Origin: Bacteroidota bacterium
Lineage (GTDB): Bacteria; Bacteroidota; Bacteroidia; UKL13-3
Length of the DNA: 64,000 nt
Assembly (NCBI GenBank): GCA_027491085.1
Contig: JAIXWW010000014.1
Location: 79,414 to 143,413 of the forward strand
Direction of reading: 5' to 3'
Shown here: positions 27,404 to 36,958 of the stretch, in pieces
Layout: each line of letters begins with the position of its first letter
How positions within the stretch are numbered: the first letter of the stretch is position 1
Made by a program: the position numbers and the translations under genes
Notes under the pieces: model-generated
Told to the model about the DNA's origin: nothing
What the model saw: only the letters and a program-made list of their open reading frames with translations
The model's database searches: none

Positions 27404-28684
27404 ATGCAAAAACGACCTAAAGTATTAATGTTTGGATGGGAATTTCCGCCAGTAATAAGTGGTGGATTGGGTGTAGCTTGTTTGGGATTATGTAAAGCAC
27501 TTTCCCCTTTGGCTGATGTAAAAATGATCATCCCTAAAAGTGTTCCCGATTTTAAAATACCCAATATTGAACTCATAGGTTTAAATGCTTTTAATAGGGA
27601 ACAATTGCGCGATATTTTCAGTAAACCAAGTAAACATGGTGATCATGGTTTAAATTCACATCAGGTTAACGCGGGTGTAAACCCTTATGCCAAAATAGAT
27701 AACCACGAGTCAATTAACCAAAAGTTTTACGAAGTTTATAATAATAATATTGAACCCTTTGAAATAGATGCATTATACGCTGGCGATGTAATAAAAAAGG
27801 CCATCGAATTTTCGCGTATTTCGGTTCAGTATGCGCTTACGCAAGAGTTTGATGTAATACATGCGCACGATTGGATGACTTTTTTACCTGCCATTGAATT
27901 GAAAATGCTTACAGGTAAACCAATGGTTTTGCATGTACATTCAACCGAATACGACCGCTCAGGGGCCGATAGCAGAAATTGGGTATATGATTTGGAAAAA
28001 CGTGCCATGCAGCTAGCCGATAGGGTTATTCCTGTAAGTCATTATACCGGTAGTATTTGTCATCATCATTATGGCATTCCTGAATATAAAATTACTCCCA
28101 TTCACAATGGTGTTGAAACGGTAAAACATACGGTTAAGGATAGTCCGCATAAAGATAAATTAGTTATTTTCTTTGGACGGATAACTATGCAAAAAGGTCC
28201 TGAATTTTTTGTAGAGGCTGCACGTATTGTATTACAACACCATAAAAATGTAAAGTTTGTAATGGCTGGCAGTGGCGATTTACACAAACCATTAATCGAA
28301 AAAATTGCCTCATTTGGTTTAGGCGATAAATTCTTTTTTACAGGTTTTTTAAATAAACAAAAATTAAATGAGCTGCTAGCAATAAGTGATGTGTATTGTA
28401 TGCCTAGCATGAGTGAGCCTTTTGGTTTAAGTGCAGTAGAAGCTGTGCAATACGGTTTACCTGTAATTATGAGTAAAACCAGTGGAGCAGGGGAGGTGTT
28501 AAGTAGTTCATTAAAAATAGACTTTTGGGATACTCATAAATTGGCTCAATACATCATTGCATCGCTTGATTATAATGGATTAAGCACCGAAATGGTAGAT
28601 AAAGCAAACGAAGACCTAAAACACATTACTTGGGAAAATACAGCCTTAAAAGTAATGGAAGTGTATGAAGCTGTTATGAGTTAA
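27404..28684 (+). CDS. Glycosyltransferase, glycogen/alpha-glucan synthase-like (GT4/GT5 fold)
   Basis: N-terminus KVLMFGWEFPPVISGGLGVA (KxGGL-like) and the C-terminal EPFGLSAVEA motif of retaining GT-B enzymes. Adjacent to a GH57 gene. Confidence 0.8.
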   Translation: MQKRPKVLMFGWEFPPVISGGLGVACLGLCKALSPLADVKMIIPKSVPDFKIPNIELIGLNAFNREQLRDIFSKPSKHGDHGLNSHQVNAGVNPYAKIDNHESINQKFYEVYNNNIEPFEIDALYAGDVIKKAIEFSRISVQYALTQEFDVIHAHDWMTFLPAIELKMLTGKPMVLHVHSTEYDRSGADSRNWVYDLEKRAMQLADRVIPVSHYTGSICHHHYGIPEYKITPIHNGVETVKHTVKDSPHKDKLVIFFGRITMQKGPEFFVEAARIVLQHHKNVKFVMAGSGDLHKPLIEKIASFGLGDKFFFTGFLNKQKLNELLAISDVYCMPSMSEPFGLSAVEAVQYGLPVIMSKTSGAGEVLSSSLKIDFWDTHKLAQYIIASLDYNGLSTEMVDKANEDLKHITWENTALKVMEVYEAVMS

Positions 28685-28797
28685 TAGCGTTGGTTAGTTA
28701 ATAGAGTTAATAGAGTTAATAGAGTAGCAATTCAGCCATACAACAATTCAGCCATACAACAATTCACCAATCATCAATCACCAATCACAAATCAAAA
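28679..28797. repeat. Composite microsatellite spacer: AGTTAATAG x4, CAATTCAGCCATACAA x2.5, AATCAYM x4
   Basis: Read directly. The first 9-mer copy contains the TAA stop of the GT4 gene. The array ends 10 nt before the GH57 ATG. Confidence 0.85.
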
Positions 28798-28807
28798 ATA
28801 TACTCCT

Positions 28808-30007
28808 ATGCCATCAATTTGTTTTTATTTTCAAGTACATCAACCATATCGTTTAAAGGAATACACTTTTTTTGATATTGGCAATAACCATCATTATTAC
28901 GATGATGAAAAAAACAGACAAGTGTTAGATAAGGTGAGCGAGCGTTGCTATTTGCCTACTAATAAATTAATGCTTGATTTAATAAAAAAGCATAATGGCG
29001 ATTTTAAAATAAGTTATGCCATTAGTGGTGTGGCTTTGGAGCAATTTGAAACTTGGCGCCCCGATGTATTGCAAAGTTTTAAAGACCTTGCAGCTACAGG
29101 CTGTGTAGAGTTTATTAGTGAAACTTATTACCATTCGTTGGCTTATATTTTTAGTAAAGATGAATTTGTAAGGCAAGTTGAAAAACACAAAGCATTGTTA
29201 AAAAAACATTTCAACTATACGCCTAAAGTATTTAGAAATACTGAATTACAGTATAATAATGAATTGGCCAAATTCATTGAAGATTTAGGTTACGAAGGCA
29301 TTATTTGTGAAGGGGTAGATAGGCTTTTAAAAGGGAGAACACCTAACTATTTATACCAAGCACCAAACGTTACTAAAATAAAATCATTGCTTAAAAATTA
29401 TCAACTAAGCGATGATATAGCTTTTAGATTTAGTAATCGTGGGTGGGAAAGTTGGCCTTTAACAGCAGATAAGTTTGCTAGTTGGTGTCACTCCATTGCA
29501 GGCCATGGCGAGACCATTAACTTGTTTATGGATTACGAAACTTTTGGCGAACACCAATGGGCCGAAACGGGTATTTTTGATTTTATGTGGCACATGCCTG
29601 AGTATATTTTAAAACATAAAGATTTTTCTTTTAAAACTCCTTCAGAAACAGTGGCAGCTTATCCTACAAGAGATGTGTACGATGCACACGAATTAACAAG
29701 TTGGGCCGATATGGAGCGAGATTTATCTGCTTGGCTTGGCAACCCTATGCAGGATGAAAGCATAGCTAAAATTTACTCTATTGAAAAAAGAGTTTATGCT
29801 ACTGCCGATAAAGCCATTATTGATACTTGGCAAAAAATGCTAACCAGTGATCATTTTTACTATATGTGTACCAAGTTTTGGAGCGATGGCGATGTACATA
29901 AATATTTTAGTCCGTACGAAAGCCCTTATGATGCTTATATTTATTTTATGAATTCGTACAGTGATTTTTTAATGGAGCTTGATAAGTTTGAAGCCAAAAA
30001 AGTATAG
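28808..30007 (+). CDS. Glycoside hydrolase family 57 (alpha-amylase / alpha-glucan processing enzyme)
   Basis: N-terminus ICFYFQVHQPYRL and the DYETFGEH region are typical of GH57. Confidence 0.85.
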   Translation: MPSICFYFQVHQPYRLKEYTFFDIGNNHHYYDDEKNRQVLDKVSERCYLPTNKLMLDLIKKHNGDFKISYAISGVALEQFETWRPDVLQSFKDLAATGCVEFISETYYHSLAYIFSKDEFVRQVEKHKALLKKHFNYTPKVFRNTELQYNNELAKFIEDLGYEGIICEGVDRLLKGRTPNYLYQAPNVTKIKSLLKNYQLSDDIAFRFSNRGWESWPLTADKFASWCHSIAGHGETINLFMDYETFGEHQWAETGIFDFMWHMPEYILKHKDFSFKTPSETVAAYPTRDVYDAHELTSWADMERDLSAWLGNPMQDESIAKIYSIEKRVYATADKAIIDTWQKMLTSDHFYYMCTKFWSDGDVHKYFSPYESPYDAYIYFMNSYSDFLMELDKFEAKKV

Positions 30008-30011
30008 ACAT

Positions 30012-30049
30012 AAAAAAACCTGCATTTACTTAAAATGCAGGTTTTTTTT
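30012..30049. terminator. Bidirectional intrinsic terminator between GH57 and convergent atpG
   Basis: An 11 bp stem AACCTGCATTT/AAATGCAGGTT flanked by an A7 run and a T8 run. Confidence 0.8.
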
Positions 30050-30067
30050 ATAATTAAAATTGTTGTG

Positions 30068-30949
30068 TTAAGCGCTTAATGCAGCAGCTCCACCCACAAT
30101 TTCCGAAATTTCGGTAGTAATTGCAGCTTGACGAACTCTATTGTATTCCACTTTTAATGATTTCAATAATTCACCAGCATTATCAGTAGCTTTATCCATA
30201 GCAATCATACGAGCACCATGCTCTGAAGCTAAAGAATCTAGCATACATCTGAATAATTGTGTTTTCAAAATTCGAGGAATTAATTCTAATAAAATTTCTT
30301 CCTTATTGGGTTCAAAAATATAATCGTTTTTCTTAACACTGTCAGTAGCTAAACTTGCGGTATTAATAGGTAAAAATTGTTCTGCACTTAAAATTTGAGT
30401 AGCAGCATTTTTAAATTGATTATAAACTATTTCAACAGCATCAAATTTACCTGAATTGTATTGATTCAAAATAAATTCACCTATAGCAAATCCTGTTTCA
30501 GAATTAGGTGTTAATAACGAGTCCTTAAAGGTATCGATATAATTAACCGCTTGTTTTGAAAAATATTCATGTCCTTTTTTGCCAATTCCGATAACACTTA
30601 AATTACCGTTAGCTTTTTGTTCTGCATATTTTTCATTGATAGTTTTGTTGGCCATTTTAATAACATTTGCATTAAATGAACCACATAAACCTCTATCACT
30701 AGTAATAACAACTATTAATACATTTTTTACAGGACGAGTATCGAAATAAACTTTTAAAGAATCTACATCAATACTATCAGACAAATTACTTAAAATGCCA
30801 TTTAACTTTACTGCATAAGGGCGCATTAAAGTAATTGCATTTTGTGCCCTACGCAATTTTGTAGCCGAAACCAATTTCATGGCTTTGGTTATTTGTTGTG
30901 TAGAGGTAACTGATGCTATTCTTATTCTAACTTCTTTTAAATTTGCCAT
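30068..30949 (-). CDS. atpG: F0F1 ATP synthase subunit gamma
   Basis: N-terminus MANLKEVRIRIASVTSTQQITKAMKLVSATKLRRAQ and C-terminus ITTEISEIVGGAAAL. Confidence 0.9.
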   Translation of the reverse strand: MANLKEVRIRIASVTSTQQITKAMKLVSATKLRRAQNAITLMRPYAVKLNGILSNLSDSIDVDSLKVYFDTRPVKNVLIVVITSDRGLCGSFNANVIKMANKTINEKYAEQKANGNLSVIGIGKKGHEYFSKQAVNYIDTFKDSLLTPNSETGFAIGEFILNQYNSGKFDAVEIVYNQFKNAATQILSAEQFLPINTASLATDSVKKNDYIFEPNKEEILLELIPRILKTQLFRCMLDSLASEHGARMIAMDKATDNAGELLKSLKVEYNRVRQAAITTEISEIVGGAAALSA

Positions 30950-30974
30950 TTTTTATTAGTTGATTGGTTAAAAA

Positions 30975-31015
30975 GATGATTAGTTAATTAAGTAAGTACT
31001 TATTAACTAATCATC
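30975..31015 (-). other. Long stem-loop in the atpA-atpG spacer
   Basis: GATGATTAGTTAA...TTAACTAATCATC forms a 13 bp perfect stem, with an inner TAAGTA/TACTTA extension. It lies inside the operon and has no clear U-tract. Confidence 0.55.
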
Positions 31016-31035
31016 CTATTAACTTTTTACTATAA

Positions 31036-32613
31036 TTAACCTACGTATTTTGCTGATAATTCTTTACAAACCTTTTCAATAGTTGCAGCAGCATCATCCG
31101 ATAATCCTTTTTTCAAATCATCTAATGTGTTTTTATGTTTATTTTCCATATAACTTAAAAACTCAGCTTCGAATTCACTCACTTTATTAACTGGAACATT
31201 GCTTAATAAACCTTTAGTTCCTAAATAAATAATTGCAACTTGTTGATCAACACGTAAAGGTGAGAATTGACCTTGTTTCAAAATCTCTACGTTACGAGCA
31301 CCTTTTGCTAATACTGCTTTAGTTGCTGGATCTAAGTCTGAACCAAATTTAGAGAAAGCTTCTAACTCACGGTATTGAGCTTGATCTAATTTTAAAGTAC
31401 CAGCTACTTTTTTCATTGATTTAATTTGCGCATTACCACCCACGCGTGATACCGAGATACCTACGTTAATAGCAGGACGAATACCAGAGTTAAATAAATT
31501 TGACTCTAAGAAAATTTGTCCATCGGTAATTGAAATTACGTTAGTTGGAATGTATGCAGATACGTCACCAGCTTGTGTTTCAATAATTGGTAAAGCAGTT
31601 AATGATCCACCACCTTTAACCAAATGTTTGATTGAATCTGGAATATCATTCATTGCTTGTGCAATAGAATCGGTAGCGTTAATTTTAGCAGCACGCTCTA
31701 ATAAACGGCTATGTAAGTAAAATACGTCACCTGGGTATGCCTCACGTCCTGGAGGTCTACGTAACAATAATGAAACTTCACGGTAAGCTACTGCTTGTTT
31801 CGATAAATCATCATAAACAACCAAAGCAGGATTTCCTAAATCGCGGAAAAACTCACCTATTGCAGCACCAGCCATTGGAGCGTAAAATTGCATTGGAGCC
31901 GGATCTGATGAAGTAGCTGTAACAACTGTAGTGTATTTCATAGCTCCATTAGCTTCTAAAGTACTTACAATTTGAGCAACTGTAGATGCTTTTTGTCCAA
32001 TAGCTACATATATACAATAAACTGGTTTACCAGCTTCATAAAATTCTTTTTGGTTGATAATGGCATCAATACAAACTGCTGTTTTACCAGTTTGACGGTC
32101 ACCAATAACTAACTCACGTTGTCCACGACCAATAGGAATCATGGCATCAATAGCCTTAATACCTGTTTGTAATGGTTCTTTAACTGGCTCACGGTAAATA
32201 ACACCTGGAGCTTTACGCTCTAAAGGCATATCATATAAATCACCAGCAATTGGTCCTTTACCATCAATTGGTAAACCTAATGTATTAACTACACGACCAA
32301 CCATGCCATTACCTACTTTAATAGATGCAATTTTACCAGTTCTTTTAACTGTATCACCTTCTATAATTGAATCGCTTGAGCCTAATAATACAGCTCCAAC
32401 GTTATCTTCTTCCAAATTTAATACAATTGCTTGTACGCCATTTGCAAATTCGATTAACTCTCCAGATTGAACTTTAGTTAATCCATAAATACGGGCAATA
32501 CCATCGCCCACTTGAAGTACCGTTCCTACTTCTTGTAATTCAGCATCCGATTTAAAGTTGCTTAATTGCTCTCTGATAATTGCTGATACTTCGTCAGGTC
32601 TAATCTCTACCAT
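31036..32613 (-). CDS. atpA: F0F1 ATP synthase subunit alpha
   Basis: Walker A GDRQTGKT and high collinearity with bacterial AtpA throughout. 525 aa. Confidence 0.95.
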   Translation of the reverse strand: MVEIRPDEVSAIIREQLSNFKSDAELQEVGTVLQVGDGIARIYGLTKVQSGELIEFANGVQAIVLNLEEDNVGAVLLGSSDSIIEGDTVKRTGKIASIKVGNGMVGRVVNTLGLPIDGKGPIAGDLYDMPLERKAPGVIYREPVKEPLQTGIKAIDAMIPIGRGQRELVIGDRQTGKTAVCIDAIINQKEFYEAGKPVYCIYVAIGQKASTVAQIVSTLEANGAMKYTTVVTATSSDPAPMQFYAPMAGAAIGEFFRDLGNPALVVYDDLSKQAVAYREVSLLLRRPPGREAYPGDVFYLHSRLLERAAKINATDSIAQAMNDIPDSIKHLVKGGGSLTALPIIETQAGDVSAYIPTNVISITDGQIFLESNLFNSGIRPAINVGISVSRVGGNAQIKSMKKVAGTLKLDQAQYRELEAFSKFGSDLDPATKAVLAKGARNVEILKQGQFSPLRVDQQVAIIYLGTKGLLSNVPVNKVSEFEAEFLSYMENKHKNTLDDLKKGLSDDAAATIEKVCKELSAKYVG

Positions 32614-32626
32614 AATTAATTTTTGT

Positions 32627-33178
32627 TTATTTTGAGATATATGTGTTTAATAACTGTTGTTTGGCTTTACGTAAGCTACCCGAAATACTTGCATCATACA
32701 AACGGTCTTCCATTTGTATCATAATTCCACCAATTAATGATGGATCAACATGCATTTTAAGTTCTACGTTTTTACCATTTTGTTGTTGTAAAAAGTTTTT
32801 AATTTCAGCTTGAATTTCAGCTGAAGCTTCTACTGCGGTTTTCACTGAAGCAGTAGCAATTTTGTTTATTTCATTGTATTGTGCAATAACAGCATCACAA
32901 ATTGAAGGGAATATCATTTCGCGTTGTTTACGCACAATAATTGAAATAAATGAAAGAGTAAGTTTATTAAATGAACTAGCAAAAATTTGAGTAATAACTG
33001 CTAATTTTTTGTCACCTTTAATAACTGGGCTTTTAAGCAAGTTTTCGAGTGATTGATTTTGTTCAATAGTTTGTTTAAATAATTTCATATCAGCACAAAC
33101 TACCTCTAGCAGGTTTTGTTCAATAGCTAAATCAACTAATGACTTTGCATAACGACTGGCTACTCTAAAATCCGACAT
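32627..33178 (-). CDS. atpH: F0F1 ATP synthase subunit delta
   Basis: 183 aa. N-terminus VASRYAKSL, and the operon position between atpF and atpA. Confidence 0.85.
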   Translation of the reverse strand: MSDFRVASRYAKSLVDLAIEQNLLEVVCADMKLFKQTIEQNQSLENLLKSPVIKGDKKLAVITQIFASSFNKLTLSFISIIVRKQREMIFPSICDAVIAQYNEINKIATASVKTAVEASAEIQAEIKNFLQQQNGKNVELKMHVDPSLIGGIMIQMEDRLYDASISGSLRKAKQQLLNTYISK

Positions 33179-33179
33179 A

Positions 33180-33674
33180 CTAGTTCAGTGTTATATTTTT
33201 TAAACTTTCATTTACAAAAACCTCTTGTTGGCTTCTGTCTTCCATTTTATTACGTAATATTTTTTCAGCTAAATCAACTGAAAGGTTAGCAACTTGAGTT
33301 TTCAATTGGTTCATGGCGTTAACTTTCTCCATTTCAATTGCCTCTTTAGCTGCAGTTATCATTTTGTCGCCTTCGCTTTTAGCATCACTTTTAGCTTTTG
33401 CTAAAATTTGATCCTTAATTTCGTTAGCTTCTTTTAATAACATATCGCGTTCAGCACGAGCTTCGTTTAATAAACGTTGGTTATCAGTTTTTAAACTTTC
33501 CAACTGTAAACGTGCAGTTTCAGCCGATTTTAAAGCCTCATCAATGCTATCTTCTCTTTCTTTAAGGGTTCTGGTAATTGGTTTCCAAGCAAATTTTGTT
33601 AATACAAAAAATAGTATAAAAAATGCTATCGAACTCCAAAAAATCAAACCAATACTTGGGGTTACTAAATCCAT
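33180..33674 (-). CDS. atpF: F0F1 ATP synthase subunit B
   Basis: One N-terminal TM helix followed by a long charged helix, in the expected operon position. Confidence 0.85.
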   Translation of the reverse strand: MDLVTPSIGLIFWSSIAFFILFFVLTKFAWKPITRTLKEREDSIDEALKSAETARLQLESLKTDNQRLLNEARAERDMLLKEANEIKDQILAKAKSDAKSEGDKMITAAKEAIEMEKVNAMNQLKTQVANLSVDLAEKILRNKMEDRSQQEVFVNESLKNITLN

Positions 33675-33712
33675 TGTATATATAATTTTATAAAAGTTTT
33701 TTCAAATAAAAT

Positions 33713-33745
33713 AAAGCCCGATTTAAAACAACCGGGCTTTTTGGG
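33713..33745 (-). terminator. Intra-operon hairpin/attenuator after atpE
   Basis: Stem AAAGCCCG/CGGGCTTT. On the gene strand it is followed by a T-rich run (TTATTTTATTTG). Such a hairpin is plausibly involved in differential expression of the c subunit. Confidence 0.5.
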
Positions 33746-33756
33746 GTACTAATTAA

Positions 33757-33984
<228 letters not shown>

Positions 33985-34023
33985 TTAGTTTAGTTTGAAA
34001 TTTTTAAAATTTATTTTTATTGA

Positions 34024-35184
34024 TTAATGATGTGCTTCCTCGCCATGTTCAGGTTCTTGAACGGCCATTCCAATAAATAAAGCCGACAAAATAGTGAATA
34101 TAAATGCTTGGATAAAAGCAACCAATAATTCAATAGCGCTAATAAATACGATAAGAGGAGTTGCTACTGCACCTACTGCATACGATTTAAAGATGAATGC
34201 TAAACAAACTAAGCTTAGCACTAAAATATGTCCTGCTGTAATGTTTGCAAACAAACGAATCATTAAAGCGAAAGGTTTTGTGAAGATACCAATAATTTCT
34301 ACTGGAATCATTAATGGATATAACCAAAGTGGCACGTGAGGCGTAAAAATGTGTCCCCAGTAGTTTTTGTTACCGTTAAAGTTAGTTATTAAGAAAGTAA
34401 TTACCGCTAGCACTAAAGTTACTGCAATATTACCTGTTACGTTAGCTCCTCCTGGGAAAAACGGAATTAAACCAATTACGTTAATGAACCAAATAAAGAA
34501 GAATACAGTTAATAAATATGGCATAAACTTTTGGTATTTATCACCTAAGTTTGGTTTAGCAATATCGTCACGAACAAAAATAATGATTGGTTCAATCCAG
34601 CTTTGTAAGCCTTTAGGAGCACCAATTCCTCTTTTGCTGTAACCTTTAGCTACAGTTAAAAATATTAATAATAGGCCAATTACTGCTATAAATAAAGTTG
34701 CTACGTTTTTTGTAATAGAGAAGTCTAATACTTTTTTGCTAGCCTCTTCATTTATTTCGCCCGCTTCGTTTACAACTTTAATTTTTTCGTGAACTAATTT
34801 ATAAGTATAGTTACCTTTATAAGCATCATGGCCATGATTAAATTTACCACTTGAAAAAGTTTCTAAACCTTTGTCTGTATAAATAATTACTGGCAAATGA
34901 ATGCTAGTATGCCCAAATAAATGCCAATCGTGTGCATCGGCAATATGTTCCATTATTGTTTTGTTGGCATCAAATTTTTCTTCACCATGATTTTCCTCAT
35001 GTGTACCTTCAATATGCGTTGCAGTAGCATGTTCGCTTTCTGCTGAAACAACTGTAGAATCAGTGTGTTCACTAACCAGAGGTTGATTTGCGAAAGAAAT
35101 GACTGAAACGATAGAAAACACTATCGTTAAAAGGGCAGTTTTAATGGTGTAGTTTATTGATTTCAAATTGTTTATATAAGTCAT
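34024..35184 (-). CDS. atpB: F0F1 ATP synthase subunit A with a His-rich N-terminal extension
   Basis: The C-terminal half has the a-subunit signature (RLFANITAGH). I start it at M50 of the track ORF (ATG 35184) because the longer version overlaps ORF 35204..35584. Confidence 0.85.
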   Translation of the reverse strand: MTYINNLKSINYTIKTALLTIVFSIVSVISFANQPLVSEHTDSTVVSAESEHATATHIEGTHEENHGEEKFDANKTIMEHIADAHDWHLFGHTSIHLPVIIYTDKGLETFSSGKFNHGHDAYKGNYTYKLVHEKIKVVNEAGEINEEASKKVLDFSITKNVATLFIAVIGLLLIFLTVAKGYSKRGIGAPKGLQSWIEPIIIFVRDDIAKPNLGDKYQKFMPYLLTVFFFIWFINVIGLIPFFPGGANVTGNIAVTLVLAVITFLITNFNGNKNYWGHIFTPHVPLWLYPLMIPVEIIGIFTKPFALMIRLFANITAGHILVLSLVCLAFIFKSYAVGAVATPLIVFISAIELLVAFIQAFIFTILSALFIGMAVQEPEHGEEAHH

Positions 35185-35203
35185 TTGGTTCTTCTTTTCG
35201 TCC

Positions 35204-35584
35204 TTAATGGTGGCGCAATTTAGTTGTAAGGATATAAATTTCAAACACAATAAATAAAATAAAAAGCAACATAAAGTAAAAAATGAAAGATAATTGATAC
35301 GTTTTATGGGTTTGAGCATAGTACAAAACATAGAACAAACTGCTTATAAATCTGACTGCTAGGGCTGCATAGGAGTGCATCACAAAATTTTGTGGACCTT
35401 TTTTTAATCCCAAATAACTGATATAAAACACTAAACAAGTTACAATGCAGTAAAATGTTAAACAAATCATTGCATCGTTAAAGTTTAAATTGATTTTCAG
35501 TGAATTAATGCTCCAAAAAGTAGCCAAACCTATAAAAATGCCTAATCCTATGCTCAGCAAAAAAAATTGAATAATTGTTTTCAT
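35204..35584 (-). CDS. Small four-helix membrane protein upstream of atpB (AtpI-like position)
   Basis: 126 aa and very hydrophobic. It sits between atpZ and atpB. No motif recognised. Confidence 0.4.
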   Translation of the reverse strand: MKTIIQFFLLSIGLGIFIGLATFWSINSLKINLNFNDAMICLTFYCIVTCLVFYISYLGLKKGPQNFVMHSYAALAVRFISSLFYVLYYAQTHKTYQLSFIFYFMLLFILFIVFEIYILTTKLRHH

Positions 35585-35591
35585 GGATGAG

Positions 35592-35825
35592 TTACTTTTC
35601 TTTTATGAAGTTCTTAATCAAATTGTAAAATCCAATCGTCATTCCTATAAAAACACCAATAACGGTTAGATATGGGACTTTATGTGCAAAATGTTTATCA
35701 ATCCAATTACCCAAAAAGGTAAAAATAAGCATGAAAATAATAAGCTGAACCAATAAGCCAAATACTTTGCTGTATTTGGCATAGCTGCTTGTTAATTCTT
35801 CTTTATCGAGTTTAGGGTCGGTCAT
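35592..35825 (-). CDS. AtpZ/AtpI family small membrane protein
   Basis: 77 aa with two TM helices. The segment YAKYSKVFGLLVQLIIFMLIFTFLGNWIDKHF resembles AtpZ proteins that head Bacteroidota atp operons. Confidence 0.6.
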   Translation of the reverse strand: MTDPKLDKEELTSSYAKYSKVFGLLVQLIIFMLIFTFLGNWIDKHFAHKVPYLTVIGVFIGMTIGFYNLIKNFIKEK

Positions 35826-35837
35826 TTTTTATGACCG

Positions 35838-35845
35838 CAAAAGTA
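35838..35845 (-). promoter_or_regulatory. Putative -7 box TACTTTTG of the atp operon
   Basis: The reverse strand reads TACTTTTG, 12 nt upstream of the atpZ ATG. The -33 element is unclear. Confidence 0.35.
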
Positions 35846-35885
35846 ATTTATTATGGCAAAACAATTATTTTTTTAATTTGCAGGC

Positions 35886-36008
35886 ATGAAAACCACTAAA
35901 ATTATCGCTTTTATATTAATTGGCATTTCGCTTTTATGCGCAGTTAGTGCTTGTGGAAGCAAAAAAGGAATTGCACGAAATAAAAAATGTAATTGCCCTA
36001 AATTTTAG
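35886..36008 (+). CDS. Candidate 40 aa lipoprotein (below the ORF-track size cut-off)
   Basis: Hand translation gives MKTTKIIAFILIGISLLCAVSACGSKKGIARNKKCNCPKF*. It has a signal peptide plus lipobox VSAC and a basic Cys-containing tail. Confidence 0.35.
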   Translation: MKTTKIIAFILIGISLLCAVSACGSKKGIARNKKCNCPKF

Positions 36009-36019
36009 TTAATCAAAAC

Positions 36020-36829
36020 ATGCAAAATCCTTTAGTAAGCTTAATTACGGTTACTTATAATGCTGAAACACTTCTTTACGATACTTGGCAATCTGCCATC
36101 AATCAGTCGTTTAAAGATTTTGAACTCATTTTAGTAGATGGTGGCTCAAAAGATAGTACCGTAAAAATTGCTCAACAATTTACCAGTAATATAGGAACCA
36201 TTATTTCGGAACCTGATAAAGGAATTTACGATGCCATGAATAAAGGCATAAAAGCAGCAAAAGGACAATGGGTTTATTTTTTAAATGCAGGAGATTCATT
36301 CTACAATAATGAAGTGCTTTCCGATATTTTTAAAAACAATACTTTTAATAACTGCGAACTTATTTATGCCAAAGTGCAAACGGTAAATGAACCAACTGGT
36401 GTAAACTATATAAATGGCAAACCTGTAAAATACAGCGATTTCTTTTCGCACTACCCTATTTGTCATCAAGCTACTTTTACATACAAAAGTGCTTTTGAAA
36501 AAATAGGCTATTATAATACTAGCTATAAATTGGTGGCTGATACTACTTGGTTTGCCTCATTTTTTAAAACTCAGCCGGAAAAAGCTCTTTATTTAGATAA
36601 GGTTATTGCTTTTTACGACATTCAAGGTGCCACTTACCATAAGCGTATGCTTGGATATAAGGAGTACATTCATTTTGGATGGAGCAATTTTCCATTAGCT
36701 GTTGCCATTAAAAATTGGTTGATGTATCCGGTAATTTGGCTAAAAGTAAAACTGATAAGAACTTTAACCAATACTGCTATTTTTAAAGTTTATAGAAAGT
36801 TAAAGTTTGGGATAAAATTGGCTCAGTAA
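36020..36829 (+). CDS. Glycosyltransferase family 2
   Basis: N-terminus VSLITVTYNAE, then DGGSKDST and EPDKGIYDAMNKG, which are GT2 DxD-type motifs. Confidence 0.8.
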   Translation: MQNPLVSLITVTYNAETLLYDTWQSAINQSFKDFELILVDGGSKDSTVKIAQQFTSNIGTIISEPDKGIYDAMNKGIKAAKGQWVYFLNAGDSFYNNEVLSDIFKNNTFNNCELIYAKVQTVNEPTGVNYINGKPVKYSDFFSHYPICHQATFTYKSAFEKIGYYNTSYKLVADTTWFASFFKTQPEKALYLDKVIAFYDIQGATYHKRMLGYKEYIHFGWSNFPLAVAIKNWLMYPVIWLKVKLIRTLTNTAIFKVYRKLKFGIKLAQ

Positions 36830-36902
36830 ATTCGAAACAATAAATTCGGAATTCGAAGGCATGCTAGTTTAAATGTTTGATATTTAGAAATATGTAAAAA
36901 AT

Positions 36903-36946
36903 AAAGTTCGCCAAAACTAGTAAAAAAAAGTGAGTTTTGGCGAACT
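36903..36946. repeat. Palindromic element copy 1 (AAGTTCGCCAAAACTAGT-A8-GTGAGTTTTGGCGAACT)
   Basis: A perfect 14 bp inverted repeat AGTTCGCCAAAACT/AGTTTTGGCGAACT around a 14 nt loop. It lies 12 nt downstream of the stop of the ATPase gene, and on the gene strand it is followed by TTATTTTTT. Confidence 0.9.
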
Positions 36947-36958
36947 ATACAAATTTTA

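Noticed and set aside
28679-28797. Possible CRISPR array, considered because of the regular short repeats.
   Set aside because: The repeat units are only 7-16 nt and directly abut each other with no unique spacers. There are no cas genes. This is a microsatellite-like spacer, not a CRISPR array.
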